From contig OY970359.1 of the NCBI GenBank assembly GCA_963718665.1, positions 448,001 to 512,000 on the forward strand: 64,000 nt of DNA. The letters run 5' to 3'. Below the pieces are notes generated by a model. It did not search any database. It saw nothing but the letters and a program-made list of their open reading frames with translations, and was not told the origin of the DNA. Shown piece after piece: positions 19,689-30,277 of the stretch; positions within the stretch are counted from its first letter, which is position 1, and every line of letters begins with the position of its first letter. A program made the translations under genes and the position numbers. This stretch comes from an uncultured Phycisphaerales bacterium (lineage in GTDB: Bacteria > Planctomycetota > Phycisphaerae > Sedimentisphaerales > Anaerobacaceae).

Positions 19689-21149
19689 ATGCAAGGTATT
19701 GTCAAGGAGGACATCCGCACTTCGACTAAGTGCGTGGAAGTCCGCTCGAATGAAAACGCGATTATCGCAATTACTGACGCTATCGCGGAAAAAATCGGGC
19801 AGCAAAAGTTCAGAATCTGGTTTAAGAACTCGACTCGACTGACACTTTCGGATGGTCTCTTGAAGATTGGCGTTATAAATCCGTTTATCGCGAACTGGCT
19901 CGAAAGCCACTTCAGCTCGCAGGTTACAGAATCGGCGCGTGCGGTCGTTGGCGCAAGCTGCCAGGTCAGTTTCATCGTTGACCCGCAGCTTTGCGACAGC
20001 CACAGAACCGCCACATTCGACTGGCAGACAAAACCGGCCCTGAATTCCCCGATTACAGTTGAATCAGGCAGGACCATCACACAAAGGCCGACATACACCG
20101 GTCAGAAGCTCAAGCTCACCTTCGATACTTTCGTTGTCGGCCAATCAAATGAACTCGCATACAACGCCGCGAAAGCGGTTATCAATGATAAGCAGAGTCC
20201 TTTCAATCCGCTGTTTATCCACGGAGGGTATGGTCTCGGCAAAACGCACCTGCTGCAAGGGATATGCACTGAACTGCGTCGAACTAAACCGACAGCCAAC
20301 TGGCTGTATATGTCGGCGGAGGATTTTGCTAATCAATTTGTGCTGGCCTTGAAGACGAGAAAGCTGGATGCTTTTCGAAGTCGTATACGACAAACGGACT
20401 TGTTGGCTATTGACGACATACACTTCCTGGCCAGCAAACCAGCAACGCAGGAAGAGTTCCTGCATACATTTAATACGTTGGATTTGGCCGGCAGGCAGGT
20501 TATTCTCGCCTCCGACTCTCATCCTAAAATGATTACCCAGATTTCGGAAAAGCTCATCAGCCGATTTGTTTCGGGGATGGTGGTGAAGATTGACCAGCCG
20601 GATTTCAAAACCCGCTGCGAGATTTGCAGGCGCTATGCCCAGGGTATGAAGAAACCCATCTCCGAAGACGTAATCGCATACGTCGCCGAGCATCTCCGCA
20701 GTAATATCCGCGAACTGCAGGGGGCAATACTCAAGATTGCCGCTTTCGCCTCGCTGCAGAACGCCAAAATCGGCTTGGGCTTAGCGCAGGAGATTCTCGC
20801 CGAGCATATCGGACGCTGCGACCCGATAGTACATATATCCGATATCGAGTCAGCCGTCGCCGACTTCTTCGGCGTCAGCTCTTCGGCGATTCATTCTTCA
20901 AAAAAGGACCGCACGGTCTCGCTGGCAAGGCATTTCTGTATGTATCTGGCGAGAAAGCATACGAAGATGTCCAGCTCGGAGATTGGGCGACTGCTGGGGG
21001 ATAAGAATCACGCGACTGTTCTTGTGGCGTGCAAAAAGGTCGAGGAACAACTCGCCCGCAATGCCCAGCTTAACTGGCAGGATTCAACGGGCAATCGCGT
21101 TGCCAACGCAACGACTATCCTCGAACAATTAGAAAAAAGCATCAGATAA
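19689..21149 (+). CDS. dnaA: Chromosomal replication initiator protein DnaA
   Basis: TFDTFVVGQSN, NPLFIHGGYGLGKTHLL, LAIDDIHF, QEEFLHTFN, NIRELQG, HATVL. Exact start uncertain. Confidence 0.95.
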   Translation: MQGIVKEDIRTSTKCVEVRSNENAIIAITDAIAEKIGQQKFRIWFKNSTRLTLSDGLLKIGVINPFIANWLESHFSSQVTESARAVVGASCQVSFIVDPQLCDSHRTATFDWQTKPALNSPITVESGRTITQRPTYTGQKLKLTFDTFVVGQSNELAYNAAKAVINDKQSPFNPLFIHGGYGLGKTHLLQGICTELRRTKPTANWLYMSAEDFANQFVLALKTRKLDAFRSRIRQTDLLAIDDIHFLASKPATQEEFLHTFNTLDLAGRQVILASDSHPKMITQISEKLISRFVSGMVVKIDQPDFKTRCEICRRYAQGMKKPISEDVIAYVAEHLRSNIRELQGAILKIAAFASLQNAKIGLGLAQEILAEHIGRCDPIVHISDIESAVADFFGVSSSAIHSSKKDRTVSLARHFCMYLARKHTKMSSSEIGRLLGDKNHATVLVACKKVEEQLARNAQLNWQDSTGNRVANATTILEQLEKSIR

Positions 21150-21192
21150 GACGCGCAGACACAAGACCTCAGACCTAAGACGCAAGCCAAGA

Positions 21193-23334
21193 TTACTTTT
21201 TCTTTGGCTGGTCTTTTTTGTCGGAGAGACCGAGTTCAGCCAAAGCTGCCTTACGGGAGAGTTTGAACCTGCCCTGGTCATCAACAAGCAAAAGCTTGAC
21301 GGGGATGATATCGCCGAGTTTGCATACAGCGTCAACGCTCTTGACGTAGCTGTCGCTCAACTCGCTGACGTGGCAGAGGCCCTCTAAGCCGGGGATGAAC
21401 TCGACAAAGGCACCAAATTCCTTGATGGAAACGACTTTAGCATTGGGATAAAGAGTGCCTACCTTGGGGGCCTGGGTCATTGCCTCAATCATTGCCTTTG
21501 CCTTGAGGTGGCCGTCGCCGCCGACGCAACTGATGAAGACGGTGCCGTCATCCTCGATTTCGATTGTAGTATCGGTCTGTTCCTGGAGTGCCTTGATGTT
21601 CTTGCCGCCCGGGCCGATGATTTTGCCGATAAATTCGGGGTCGATTTTAACGGTAACAAGTTTCGGAGCGTAAACGCTAAGCTCCGGTCTGTGCTTATTG
21701 ATTGTCTTGGACATAGTATCGAGTATTTTAAGGCGTGCTTGTTTTGCCTTTTCCATTGCCTCGACCATAATGTTGTGCGGAAGGCCATCGGCTTTAATAT
21801 CGAGCTGGACCGCGGTAACGCCCTCGGTGGTTCCGGCGACTTTGAAATCCATATCGCCGTGGTGGTCTTCGTCGCCTATGATATCGGTAAGCAAAACATA
21901 TTTGCCGTCGTCGGCGGTGACAAGGCCGACTGATATGCCCGCAACGGGCTTCTTAATCGGGACACCGGCGTCCATCAGGGCGAGCGAGCCGCCGCAGACC
22001 GAGGCCATTGAACTTGAGCCATTCGATTCGGTAATATCGGAGATGATTCTTATCGTATAGGCGAATTCTTCTTCGGGAGGTCTGACCATTTCGAGTGCGC
22101 GTTCCGCGAGAGCGCCGTGGCCTATTTCGCGGCGACCAGGGCCTCGCATCGGCTTGACTTCGCCGACGGAAAACGGCGGGAAGTTATAATGCAGGGCAAA
22201 GCTCTGGGAATATTCATCCTGGAGGCCGTCGATAATCTGGGCATCCTGAATCGTGCCCAGGGTGATGCAGACGAGGGCCTGGGTTTCGCCGCGGGTGAAA
22301 AGGGCTGAGCCGTGGACGCGGGGTAAAATGCCGACTTCGCAGGTGATGGGGCGGACGTCGTCGTAACTTCGGCCGTCAAGGCGTTTGCCTTTGAGGGCAA
22401 GGTCGCGGATGATTTCGCCTTCGATTTTATCGAAAATCCGTTCGACCATTATCTCGTCATAATTTTGAGCGGACTCACCTTCCTGTTTGCAGTATTGCTC
22501 AATGAGGCGGTCGAGCAATTCGTTGACGGCGATTCTTCGCTGTTGTTTAACCGGTATCAGTTTGAGATTGCGAAGCTCATCGGCGATTTGTGAGCGGATT
22601 TTAGAGCAGAGCTCTTCGTCAATTCCGGAAAGCTCGGGCATTTCTTTTGGGACGCCGACTTTCTTCTGAAGCTCCTCGATAAGTTCGCAGACAACCTTTA
22701 CGGTCTCGTGCCCGGTTTTGATTGATTCTGCGATAACTGCTTCGGGTAATTCCTTGGCGGCAACTTCAATCATATTGATAGCGTCTTTTCTTCCGCCGAC
22801 GAGAACGTTCAAATCACCTTCTTCGAGCTGCTGGTGGGTAGGATTGATAATGAACTGGCCATTGACTCGTCCGACCCGGCAGGCGCCGGTAGGGCCATTG
22901 AACGGTATTTTGCTGATTGATAATGCCGCGCTTGCTCCAATCATCGCGGGGACATCGGGGTCGTTTTCCTTGTCGGCGCTGAGAACCGAGGCGATAATCT
23001 GAACTTCGTTAAAATAACCATCCGGGAACAGAGGCCGCAGAGGCCGGTCAATCATACGCGAGGTGAGAGTTTCCTTCGTTGAGGGTCTGCCTTCACGCTT
23101 GATGAAGCCGCCGGGGAATTTGCCGGCTGCGCTGTGTCTTTCACGATATTCTACTGAGAGCGGGAAAAAATCAATGTCTTCGGAACGAGGCGGAGCGACA
23201 ACTGCGCAAACAAGGACGACCGTTTCGCCGTAACGGACGACGACTGCGCCGTCTGCCTGCCTGGCGATTTTGCCCGTTTCGATGGATAAGGTTCGACCCG
23301 CTATTTCTCTTTCAACTTTTACAACGTTAAACAT
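21193..23334 (-). CDS. pnp: Polyribonucleotide nucleotidyltransferase
   Basis: FFPLSVEYRE, HGSALFTRGETQ, RREIGHG, SNGSSSMAS, GDMDFKVAGT, KH and S1 domains. Confidence 0.98.
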   Translation of the reverse strand: MFNVVKVEREIAGRTLSIETGKIARQADGAVVVRYGETVVLVCAVVAPPRSEDIDFFPLSVEYRERHSAAGKFPGGFIKREGRPSTKETLTSRMIDRPLRPLFPDGYFNEVQIIASVLSADKENDPDVPAMIGASAALSISKIPFNGPTGACRVGRVNGQFIINPTHQQLEEGDLNVLVGGRKDAINMIEVAAKELPEAVIAESIKTGHETVKVVCELIEELQKKVGVPKEMPELSGIDEELCSKIRSQIADELRNLKLIPVKQQRRIAVNELLDRLIEQYCKQEGESAQNYDEIMVERIFDKIEGEIIRDLALKGKRLDGRSYDDVRPITCEVGILPRVHGSALFTRGETQALVCITLGTIQDAQIIDGLQDEYSQSFALHYNFPPFSVGEVKPMRGPGRREIGHGALAERALEMVRPPEEEFAYTIRIISDITESNGSSSMASVCGGSLALMDAGVPIKKPVAGISVGLVTADDGKYVLLTDIIGDEDHHGDMDFKVAGTTEGVTAVQLDIKADGLPHNIMVEAMEKAKQARLKILDTMSKTINKHRPELSVYAPKLVTVKIDPEFIGKIIGPGGKNIKALQEQTDTTIEIEDDGTVFISCVGGDGHLKAKAMIEAMTQAPKVGTLYPNAKVVSIKEFGAFVEFIPGLEGLCHVSELSDSYVKSVDAVCKLGDIIPVKLLLVDDQGRFKLSRKAALAELGLSDKKDQPKKK

Positions 23335-23403
23335 AAGCTACCTCATAAACAGCCAAGTCGCATCGCGTAAGGGCGAAGTGCGGCCAAAGCAATGGGTTTA
23401 GTG

Positions 23404-23670
23404 TTATTTCCGCAAGCCGAGGCGGGAGATGACGTCGCGATATCGCTTCGGGTCTTTTTTGCCCACGTATTTAAGCAGTGAAGCCCTTGTGGCGACCATT
23501 TTAAGCAGTCCGCGACGAGAGGAATGGTCCTTGCGGTGGCTCTTGAGGTGTTCGGTAAGCTCGGTGATTCGCTCGGTCAGAATGGCAATCTGGACCTCCG
23601 GAGAGCCGGTGTCACCCTTATGAGTTTCGAAATTGTGAACAATACCTTCCTTTTTTGTTTTTGCCAGCAT
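23404..23670 (-). CDS. rpsO: 30S ribosomal protein S15
   Basis: [28 protein letters not shown]; canonical rpsO-pnp order. Confidence 0.98.
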   Translation of the reverse strand: MLAKTKKEGIVHNFETHKGDTGSPEVQIAILTERITELTEHLKSHRKDHSSRRGLLKMVATRASLLKYVGKKDPKRYRDVISRLGLRK

Positions 23671-23824
23671 TTTTCCAATAAACCTTTCTGATATTCCCGG
23701 CGGGCCAAAACCCGCCCTACATTAAGACACAAAAGTTACAAACAGGGCATTTTAGCAGTTTTTTTGCGGTCTGCAAGGGTAAAAAGCGGAAATAAAGGCG
23801 CGATTTGCGTCCGGAGGAAACCTA

Positions 23825-25480
23825 TCAGGTAATCAGGGTGCCGATAGCTGCTGAGCCATACTGGGTGAAATCATCAGTGCCGTATGTCTTGACCGCGCCT
23901 TCCTGCATAAGGTCCCAGAGGTGCAAAATGTCGCTTTTGAGGAAAACAGTGGTGACTTTTTCGTCGAACTGGGTGCCGAGACGATTTTCAATTTCCGTGA
24001 TGGCCTTATCGACGCTCACAGTATCCCGATAGACGCGTTCGGAGGTCATAGCGTCAAAGCAGTCGGCAAGCCCGACAATTTTACCCATAAGCGGAATCTG
24101 GTCACCCTTAAGCCCGGCGGGATAACCTTTGCCGTCAACACGTTCGTGGTGATTAAGAACGCCTGGAATGATGTCTCGCATTTGCCTGATGCCGCTGAGG
24201 ATATTGGCGCCGATGGACGGGTGCATCCTGAGGCGGTTTTTCTCCTTTGCAGTGAGCCGACCTATTTTGCAGAGCAGTTTTTCATCGATACCAATCTTGC
24301 CTATGTCGTGAAGCAAACCGGCGAGATAAATTTTCTGGATTTGCTCTTGGTCGAGTCCTTCATCTTCGGCAAGATGTTCGGCTATCCACTTGGAAATGAA
24401 GCCGACACGTTCCGAATGACCCCGTGTATAGCGGTCTTTGGCGTCGATGCTGCGAGTCAGCGCCTTGAGCGAGCCGATGAATAATTCCTTGAGGTCGCCA
24501 AACAGACGATTGTTCTCGACGAAAACGGCGCATTCGCTGGCGACGGAGGTGAACAGCTTGGCATCAGTAGAGTCGAAGTCAGGCTTCTCTAAGCGGTTTA
24601 TGGCAACAAGCATACCGATAACACGGGCAGTGAGGGGCTGCTTGTTGCCTGTGTCCTGAGACGGGTGCGTTTTAACCTTGCTCGTAAGAGGAACAATAAT
24701 GATATTATGAATATTTTTGGGCCATTCATATTTGAACGAACCATCGAAGTCGCTGTCTAAGAGGACTTCTTTGCCCTTGTTCAACTCCTCCTGGAGGCGG
24801 CTATGAAGAAGCAGGGTCGTGCGGTCGTCGATATCGATGACGCCAGCGCCCGCTACAAGGACAAAGCGTGATTTGTCATCGACAGTTTTTTCCTGGAGAA
24901 TGGCGATACCTTCGACGCCGACGATTTCGGTCAAGCTGTCGCAGGCCATCTGGAGGAAATTGGCGTCCGGCTCGACGATTTCCATATTGGTGCTTATTTT
25001 ATAAAGCAGGACAAGCTCCTCGTATGTCTGTGCCAGCTCGGAGCTAATCATATCCATCTGCTCAACGGACTTTCGCCCGGCAGTGAATTTTTCGACGAAA
25101 AAACGAAGCAATTCAGTGAGCAGATGCGACTGCTGCTGGTTGTTCATATCGGGAGTATTGCCGAGGTCAATAATAACGGCGACGCCGGTTTGCTTTTTTT
25201 CGCCTGTCAGGGGGACAAGAACGGATGAAATATACCTGCTGACCACTGAAGAATCGTCCTGTGGTTTGTCATTTTTATCAGGATGCTTGAGGCAGTCGCG
25301 GGCGATTTTGGCAAGCCGGACGGGGTCGGTTTCAAACTCGCCTGTTTTGCAGAGTAGCAGAGGCCTGCCTTCGAAATCGCAGACGGCAAAATTGACGCCC
25401 AGCGCAGTCAGCCGGCCGCCGAAATTCTTCAGCTCATGAATTTCTGATGCTATCAACCCTGTTGCAATTGTATCGAGCAT
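23825..25480 (-). CDS. GAF plus HD-GYP domain protein (cyclic di-GMP phosphodiesterase-like)
   Basis: DAKDRYTRGHSERV, LLHDIGKIG, HHERVDGKGYP, ADCFDAMTSERVY. Confidence 0.9.
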   Translation of the reverse strand: MLDTIATGLIASEIHELKNFGGRLTALGVNFAVCDFEGRPLLLCKTGEFETDPVRLAKIARDCLKHPDKNDKPQDDSSVVSRYISSVLVPLTGEKKQTGVAVIIDLGNTPDMNNQQQSHLLTELLRFFVEKFTAGRKSVEQMDMISSELAQTYEELVLLYKISTNMEIVEPDANFLQMACDSLTEIVGVEGIAILQEKTVDDKSRFVLVAGAGVIDIDDRTTLLLHSRLQEELNKGKEVLLDSDFDGSFKYEWPKNIHNIIIVPLTSKVKTHPSQDTGNKQPLTARVIGMLVAINRLEKPDFDSTDAKLFTSVASECAVFVENNRLFGDLKELFIGSLKALTRSIDAKDRYTRGHSERVGFISKWIAEHLAEDEGLDQEQIQKIYLAGLLHDIGKIGIDEKLLCKIGRLTAKEKNRLRMHPSIGANILSGIRQMRDIIPGVLNHHERVDGKGYPAGLKGDQIPLMGKIVGLADCFDAMTSERVYRDTVSVDKAITEIENRLGTQFDEKVTTVFLKSDILHLWDLMQEGAVKTYGTDDFTQYGSAAIGTLIT

Positions 25481-25561
25481 AAACTGCTCCGTTTACGGGG
25501 TAAGGCCAGGCGAACGCCAAACGCGGCAATTCTTGAAATACCTCCTCCCCCCTGCCAATCA

Positions 25562-25954
25562 TTACGTTTGACCAACCAGCTCCTTCTGGTAGAGGATGTC
25601 CTCTATGTTTCTCAGCAACTCTTTCGGGCTGAAGGGCTTCGTCAGGCACAGTGACACATTCAGCCGCTGCTGGTCGGCGTCGTCTATCGCGAAATTCCTG
25701 GCGGTAAGAAGAACAAAGGGAATACCGCGGGTCTTTTCATTTCCGCGGAGTTTTTCGAGAAGCTCCAGGCCACTCATAACAGGCATCATATAGTCGGCGA
25801 TAATAATGTCCGGTTTTTCATTACAGGCAAGCTCGTATGCCTCCTGCCCGTTGCCGGCGGTTATGGGTTCGTAACCGTTATTGCGAAGTTTTATCGCGAC
25901 GACATGAACAATATGCACTTCGTCATCGACGACCAGGACTTTTCTTGATGCCAT
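25562..25954 (-). CDS. Single-domain response regulator
   Basis: VLVVDDE, IIADYMMP, LTA, KPF; start ATG 25954 with AAGGA upstream. Confidence 0.9.
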   Translation of the reverse strand: MASRKVLVVDDEVHIVHVVAIKLRNNGYEPITAGNGQEAYELACNEKPDIIIADYMMPVMSGLELLEKLRGNEKTRGIPFVLLTARNFAIDDADQQRLNVSLCLTKPFSPKELLRNIEDILYQKELVGQT

Positions 25955-26346
25955 TCGTTGTTCCTTTCCGTTCCCGGCTGACATACACAGCGGTCAGCAA
26001 ATAGTTTATCTAACAATTTTTCGGCCTGCCGGGGGATGTCCTTAACCTGCGTAAATATAAGGAAATTCGCCGTAAAATAAGGTTTAAAGGCCTAAAACCC
26101 GTCCCGCAAACCTATAAGCCGTAATGGCTTAAACCAGCCCCGTGGCAGATAGTAATTTTTAAATTGGCAAGGACCGATAAAAAAGGCCGGCGGAGTTTTT
26201 TATGAGACGATGTAGGCGGTTAAGAAACCGGCGGACAATCAGGGTATGCCATAAAAAAGAATGACTCGCTGAAAGATTTGGAAATCAGCGAGTTCATCTT
26301 TTCCCGTCGCTCGAAATAGGATGAGTGGCGGGTCAACGGGCGTTTT

Positions 26347-26769
26347 TCATAAAGCCGCGTGTACGGCAGAATCATCCGGCTTTATAGCCCCCGTTGCGAG
26401 ATTGATGACCCAGCCCGCCTTACCCGAGCCAGCGGTGCTTGGGCCGTTTTCGAACCGTACTGCGCTGTTGCTGTTAAACGGATTAACAGGCATCGACGAC
26501 AGATAAGGCCCGCGATTATCGGCACCCTTCGTTGTCAGGGCCTTTTCAAAACTTGCATAGGTCTCAGTGGGCGGGAGCTGCTCGTTGTGCTGGATTTTGT
26601 AGAGTTCGAGCTGGCAACGAACTGTCTGCAGGTCCGCGAGGAAGCGTGCCTCTTGGACGCCTGTGCCTCGTGCGCTGAAGTCAGGAGATAAAATACCAGC
26701 GCCTACGCTGCAAATTGCTCCCACCAGAGAAACCTGAATCATTGCGAAACCGATTCTCGCTTTCGTCAT
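26347..26769 (-). CDS. GspG/pilin-like protein with degenerate prepilin N-terminus
   Basis: LQTVRCQLELYKIQH, GPYLSSMPVNPF, GW; N-terminus GFAMIQ instead of GFTLVE. Confidence 0.7.
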   Translation of the reverse strand: MTKARIGFAMIQVSLVGAICSVGAGILSPDFSARGTGVQEARFLADLQTVRCQLELYKIQHNEQLPPTETYASFEKALTTKGADNRGPYLSSMPVNPFNSNSAVRFENGPSTAGSGKAGWVINLATGAIKPDDSAVHAAL

Positions 26770-27067
26770 TAAAAATCACCCTCGAAGCTGTTGGAACAAC
26801 AGCTTCCCTCGTAAATAACCTGGTCCTGAACACCCGGTTTATCCGCCGCCTTTGCGGCAAACGGGTCGGTCCCTCCTGATACGGCCCCCCAGCCGGTCCC
26901 TTAATATAATAGCTATATCCCCCTGTTTACTCAGATGTAGCCGGTGTTCACGTAAAGTATATGGAATTTAATAGACAGTGCCAAATTTCGGAGGGCGCAA
27001 TATAGGACATTATGCAGATTTTTTTTGCCGCAAGGGCCGAAAATATCGCCTGCTCGGGCAAGTCGGC

Positions 27068-27517
27068 TTAAAAACGTATGTAATCGGGAGTGTTGGTAAT
27101 GCGGATTTTTCTGGCTGTCGGGCCGAGATGAGACAGTTCTATTTTTATATAGTTGATTCCCGCCAGGGCCTGCTCAACTTTGTCTGCCCATTCGATAAGA
27201 ACAACCGCGCCGGGATGACAATAATCGTCGAAGCCGATTTGCTCGAACTGGGCGATTGAATCAAGACGATAAGCATCAAGATGATAAATTTCAAGACGCC
27301 CAGAATATTCATTTACAAGAACAAATGTCGGGCTGGTAACTTCGTTGGCTGCGTCTTCGGCGCCAAGCCCCGCAACGATTCCCTTGATGAGATGCGTTTT
27401 GCCGCTGCCTAAGTTGCCGTAAAGCGCGATGACCTCCCCCCCCTTCAACTGCGACCCGAACTTCTGACCAAACTTAACGGTCTCGTTTGCGGAATTTGTT
27501 GTTACATCAATAGTCAT
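27068..27517 (-). CDS. tsaE: tRNA threonylcarbamoyladenosine biosynthesis ATPase
   Basis: GNLGSGKT, VTSPTFVLVNEY, HLDAYRL, IEWA. Confidence 0.95.
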   Translation of the reverse strand: MTIDVTTNSANETVKFGQKFGSQLKGGEVIALYGNLGSGKTHLIKGIVAGLGAEDAANEVTSPTFVLVNEYSGRLEIYHLDAYRLDSIAQFEQIGFDDYCHPGAVVLIEWADKVEQALAGINYIKIELSHLGPTARKIRITNTPDYIRF

Positions 27518-27530
27518 CTTAAATAATCAA

Positions 27531-28451
27531 TCATTTCAAATGGTCGTAGCCGGAGGGCTTTAAATCAGTTATTTTGCCGTCGGGCATTTTTATCTGCATT
27601 TTGCCGGCATTGGTAATCGTTCCGATTCTCGTAATTGGCACAGAATCATTCCACTGTTTCAACAATCTGCCGCAATTATCTTCGGCCAGCGTGAAAAGCA
27701 GTTCAAAATCCTCGCCGTCGTTGAGTGCGGCGAAAAAGGGGCCTGACCCCTTTTTTGCGTCGAGGGATATCGGGATTGAATTCGCGTCGAGAATTGCGCC
27801 TACATTGCTTTGGGTACAGATGCGATTCAAGTCGCTGCTCAGGCCATCGCTTAAGTCCATCATCGAATTGAGCTTAACAAGCGACGTGATTTTGAGCGCC
27901 TCTTTGACACGGGGTGTGAAATTAAGGTGCTTGCCGAGCAACGCCCCGCCAAGTGAACCCGTAACACAGATTGCGTCGCCGACTTTTGCGCCATTTCTGC
28001 GAACAGGCGGATTAGCCCCTGGTCTCGAAAGCATCGCGACGTTAATTACGAATTTACTGCTATCCGACCATTTCGTGATATCGCCGCCTATGAGTGGGCA
28101 GTTGAATTTATCGCAAGCCACGATAATGCCTGAGTGAAGCTCTTTGAGCTGGGCTTGGCCAAAACCAGCGGGCAAGCCAACACTGACCACGGCTGCAACG
28201 GGAATAGTCGCCATCGCGGCACAATCGCTCAAACTCGCCACCATTGCCTTATAACCGACCTGTTCAAGGGTTGCGGTTTTCAAATCAAAATGAACGCCAT
28301 CGAGGAGCATATCGGTCGTGATTAGAATCGAGACGCCGTCAGCCAGACGAATTTCCGCCATATCGTCGCCGATACCAATGGGGAAATCGCCGGGGGGCAG
28401 GTTTCGCTGCCGGGCAAACCAACCGGTAATGATGTCTTCGCCGTTACTCAT
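27531..28451 (-). CDS. thiL: Thiamine-phosphate kinase
   Basis: [44 protein letters not shown] overlap with argH stop. Confidence 0.95.
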   Translation of the reverse strand: MSNGEDIITGWFARQRNLPPGDFPIGIGDDMAEIRLADGVSILITTDMLLDGVHFDLKTATLEQVGYKAMVASLSDCAAMATIPVAAVVSVGLPAGFGQAQLKELHSGIIVACDKFNCPLIGGDITKWSDSSKFVINVAMLSRPGANPPVRRNGAKVGDAICVTGSLGGALLGKHLNFTPRVKEALKITSLVKLNSMMDLSDGLSSDLNRICTQSNVGAILDANSIPISLDAKKGSGPFFAALNDGEDFELLFTLAEDNCGRLLKQWNDSVPITRIGTITNAGKMQIKMPDGKITDLKPSGYDHLK

Positions 28452-29832
28452 CGCTTGGACAACTGTTTTTGCCAATAGGCGATTTGCTCTTTGGCCTGTT
28501 TCGGGCCTGCTGAGCCAATCGTAACGTATTTCGCGACAACATTGGCGGCGCCGAGCGATTTATAAACGTCGGCCTTTATTTCCGGAGAGAACTTTTTTAA
28601 TTCGGCAAGTTTCAGGTCGGCGAGGTTAATCCCCTGCTTTTCGCAATGCGCAACCAGAGAGCCGACTACGCCGTGTGCCTGCCGGAACGGGATACCTTTG
28701 CGAACGAGATATTCCGCCAGCGAGGTCGCATCCAAAAAGCCGGCGTCGAGGCCTGAGGCGATGCGTTTGGTATCGAAGGTCGTATGCGCAATAACCGCGG
28801 AGACCATATCAAGGCACTGGCTGATTGTATCGGCGGCGGCGAAGATATGAGTTTTGTCTTCCTGCAAATCGCGGTTGTAGCCGGTGGGTTGCGCCTTTAA
28901 TAAGGTGAGCATACCCATAAGTGCGCCGTATGTCCGGCCGGACTTACCACGAACAAGCTCAAGGGCGTCGGCGTTTCGCTTCTGCGGCATCATACTCGAC
29001 GACGTGCAGAAACTGTCGGCTATATGAACAAAGCCGAATTCGTTGGAACAGAAGATTATCAAATCCTCGCTCAGCCGGGACAGGTGCGTCGATATAAGTG
29101 CGCAATCGAAAATGAATTCCGCGCAGAAATCCCGGTCGCTGACAGCGTCGATTGAGTTATAAGCCATATCAGAGAAACCCAGTAGTTTGGCGGTGTTTTT
29201 TCTGTCCAAAGGCAGAGTCGAGCCGGCAATCGCGCCGCGCCGAGCGGCGAAATGCTGACCAACTGCCGACAATTGTCTAAGCGTATAAAATCCCGCTGAA
29301 GCTGCTCGACGAAATTCAGCAGATACGACGCGATAACAATGGGCTGCGCCCGCTGGAGATGGGTATATGCGGGCATTACATCATCGGTATATTTGGCCGC
29401 CTTGGCGACAAGCGATTTTTGCAGGCCGGAGATTTTGACCTGGATTGTATCAATCTCGTCGCGCAGCCAGAGCCGCAAATCAGTGGCGACCTGGTCATTC
29501 CGGCTTCGGCCCGTGTGCAGCTTTTTGGCGGCATTACCTGCTTTTTTGACAAGGGCATTTTCAATCGCCATATGAATATCTTCGTATGTCTTGTCGAATT
29601 TGAATTTACCCTCGGCGATTTCATGCCCGATTCGTTCAAGCCCGCGTTTTATTTTAGCAAACTCAGCTTTGGTAATGAGCTTGCGCTTCGCCAGCATTTG
29701 CGCATGCGCTATCGAGCCGGCGATATCGTATTTGTAAAGCCGTTTATCGATGCTAAGGGACTCAACAAAATCGACCATAAGTCGGTCAGGTGCGCCGGCA
29801 AGGCGGTGTTCCCAGCTTTTAAGTTTGGCCAT
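28448..29832 (-). CDS. argH: Argininosuccinate lyase; frameshifted as assembled
   Basis: [22 protein letters not shown] in the 5' [27 protein letters not shown] in the 3' ORF. One G restores SPLGAGAIAG at about 29235. Confidence 0.92.
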
Positions 29833-29956
29833 TTTTATCACTCCAAAAAGGGATTTCTTCGCAGATGATACGCCCCCCTGCCGGATGTGTCAAGCTGCGG
29901 GAAACGCCACAGCGGGCTTTATATAAGAAAAGAAAAATGGTAAATTAGAGAGCTAT

Positions 29957-30181
29957 ATGAAAAGCAGATGTCCGGTATGTGATAAGGTTATCGATGAGGC
30001 AACCCGGCAGAACAGCCGGGATGGGAAGTTTTATCCCTTCTGCAGCAACCGATGCAAACTGATAGACCTAGGGAAATGGCTCGACGGCAATTACAGAATA
30101 GCCGCACAAGCGAATGAAGAAGAGGAACCAGGCGAACAGGCCGCCAAAGCAAATAACCGGGACAAAACCGAAAACGGTTGA
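29957..30181 (+). CDS. yacG: DNA gyrase inhibitor YacG
   Basis: CPVC...YPFCSNRCKLIDLGKWLDGNYRI. Confidence 0.92.
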   Translation: MKSRCPVCDKVIDEATRQNSRDGKFYPFCSNRCKLIDLGKWLDGNYRIAAQANEEEEPGEQAAKANNRDKTENG

Positions 30182-30206
30182 CAAGCCGCAAATATCCGCC
30201 AATAAT
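30178..30206 (+). promoter_or_regulatory. Sigma70-type promoter candidate
   Basis: TTGACA-N17-AATAAT upstream of ATG 30278. Confidence 0.45.
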
Positions 30207-30277
30207 ACGGTTGTGGTATTGCAGCATTGATTCGGAGCATGTTTCAGGTCAATCGAAGCTGTTTGAAAGGAATCGAA

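Noticed and set aside
18590..29832. True pseudogenes or programmed frameshifts in deoC and argH
   Set aside because: Single missing bases, no slippery heptamer, no other decay; assembly error is more likely.
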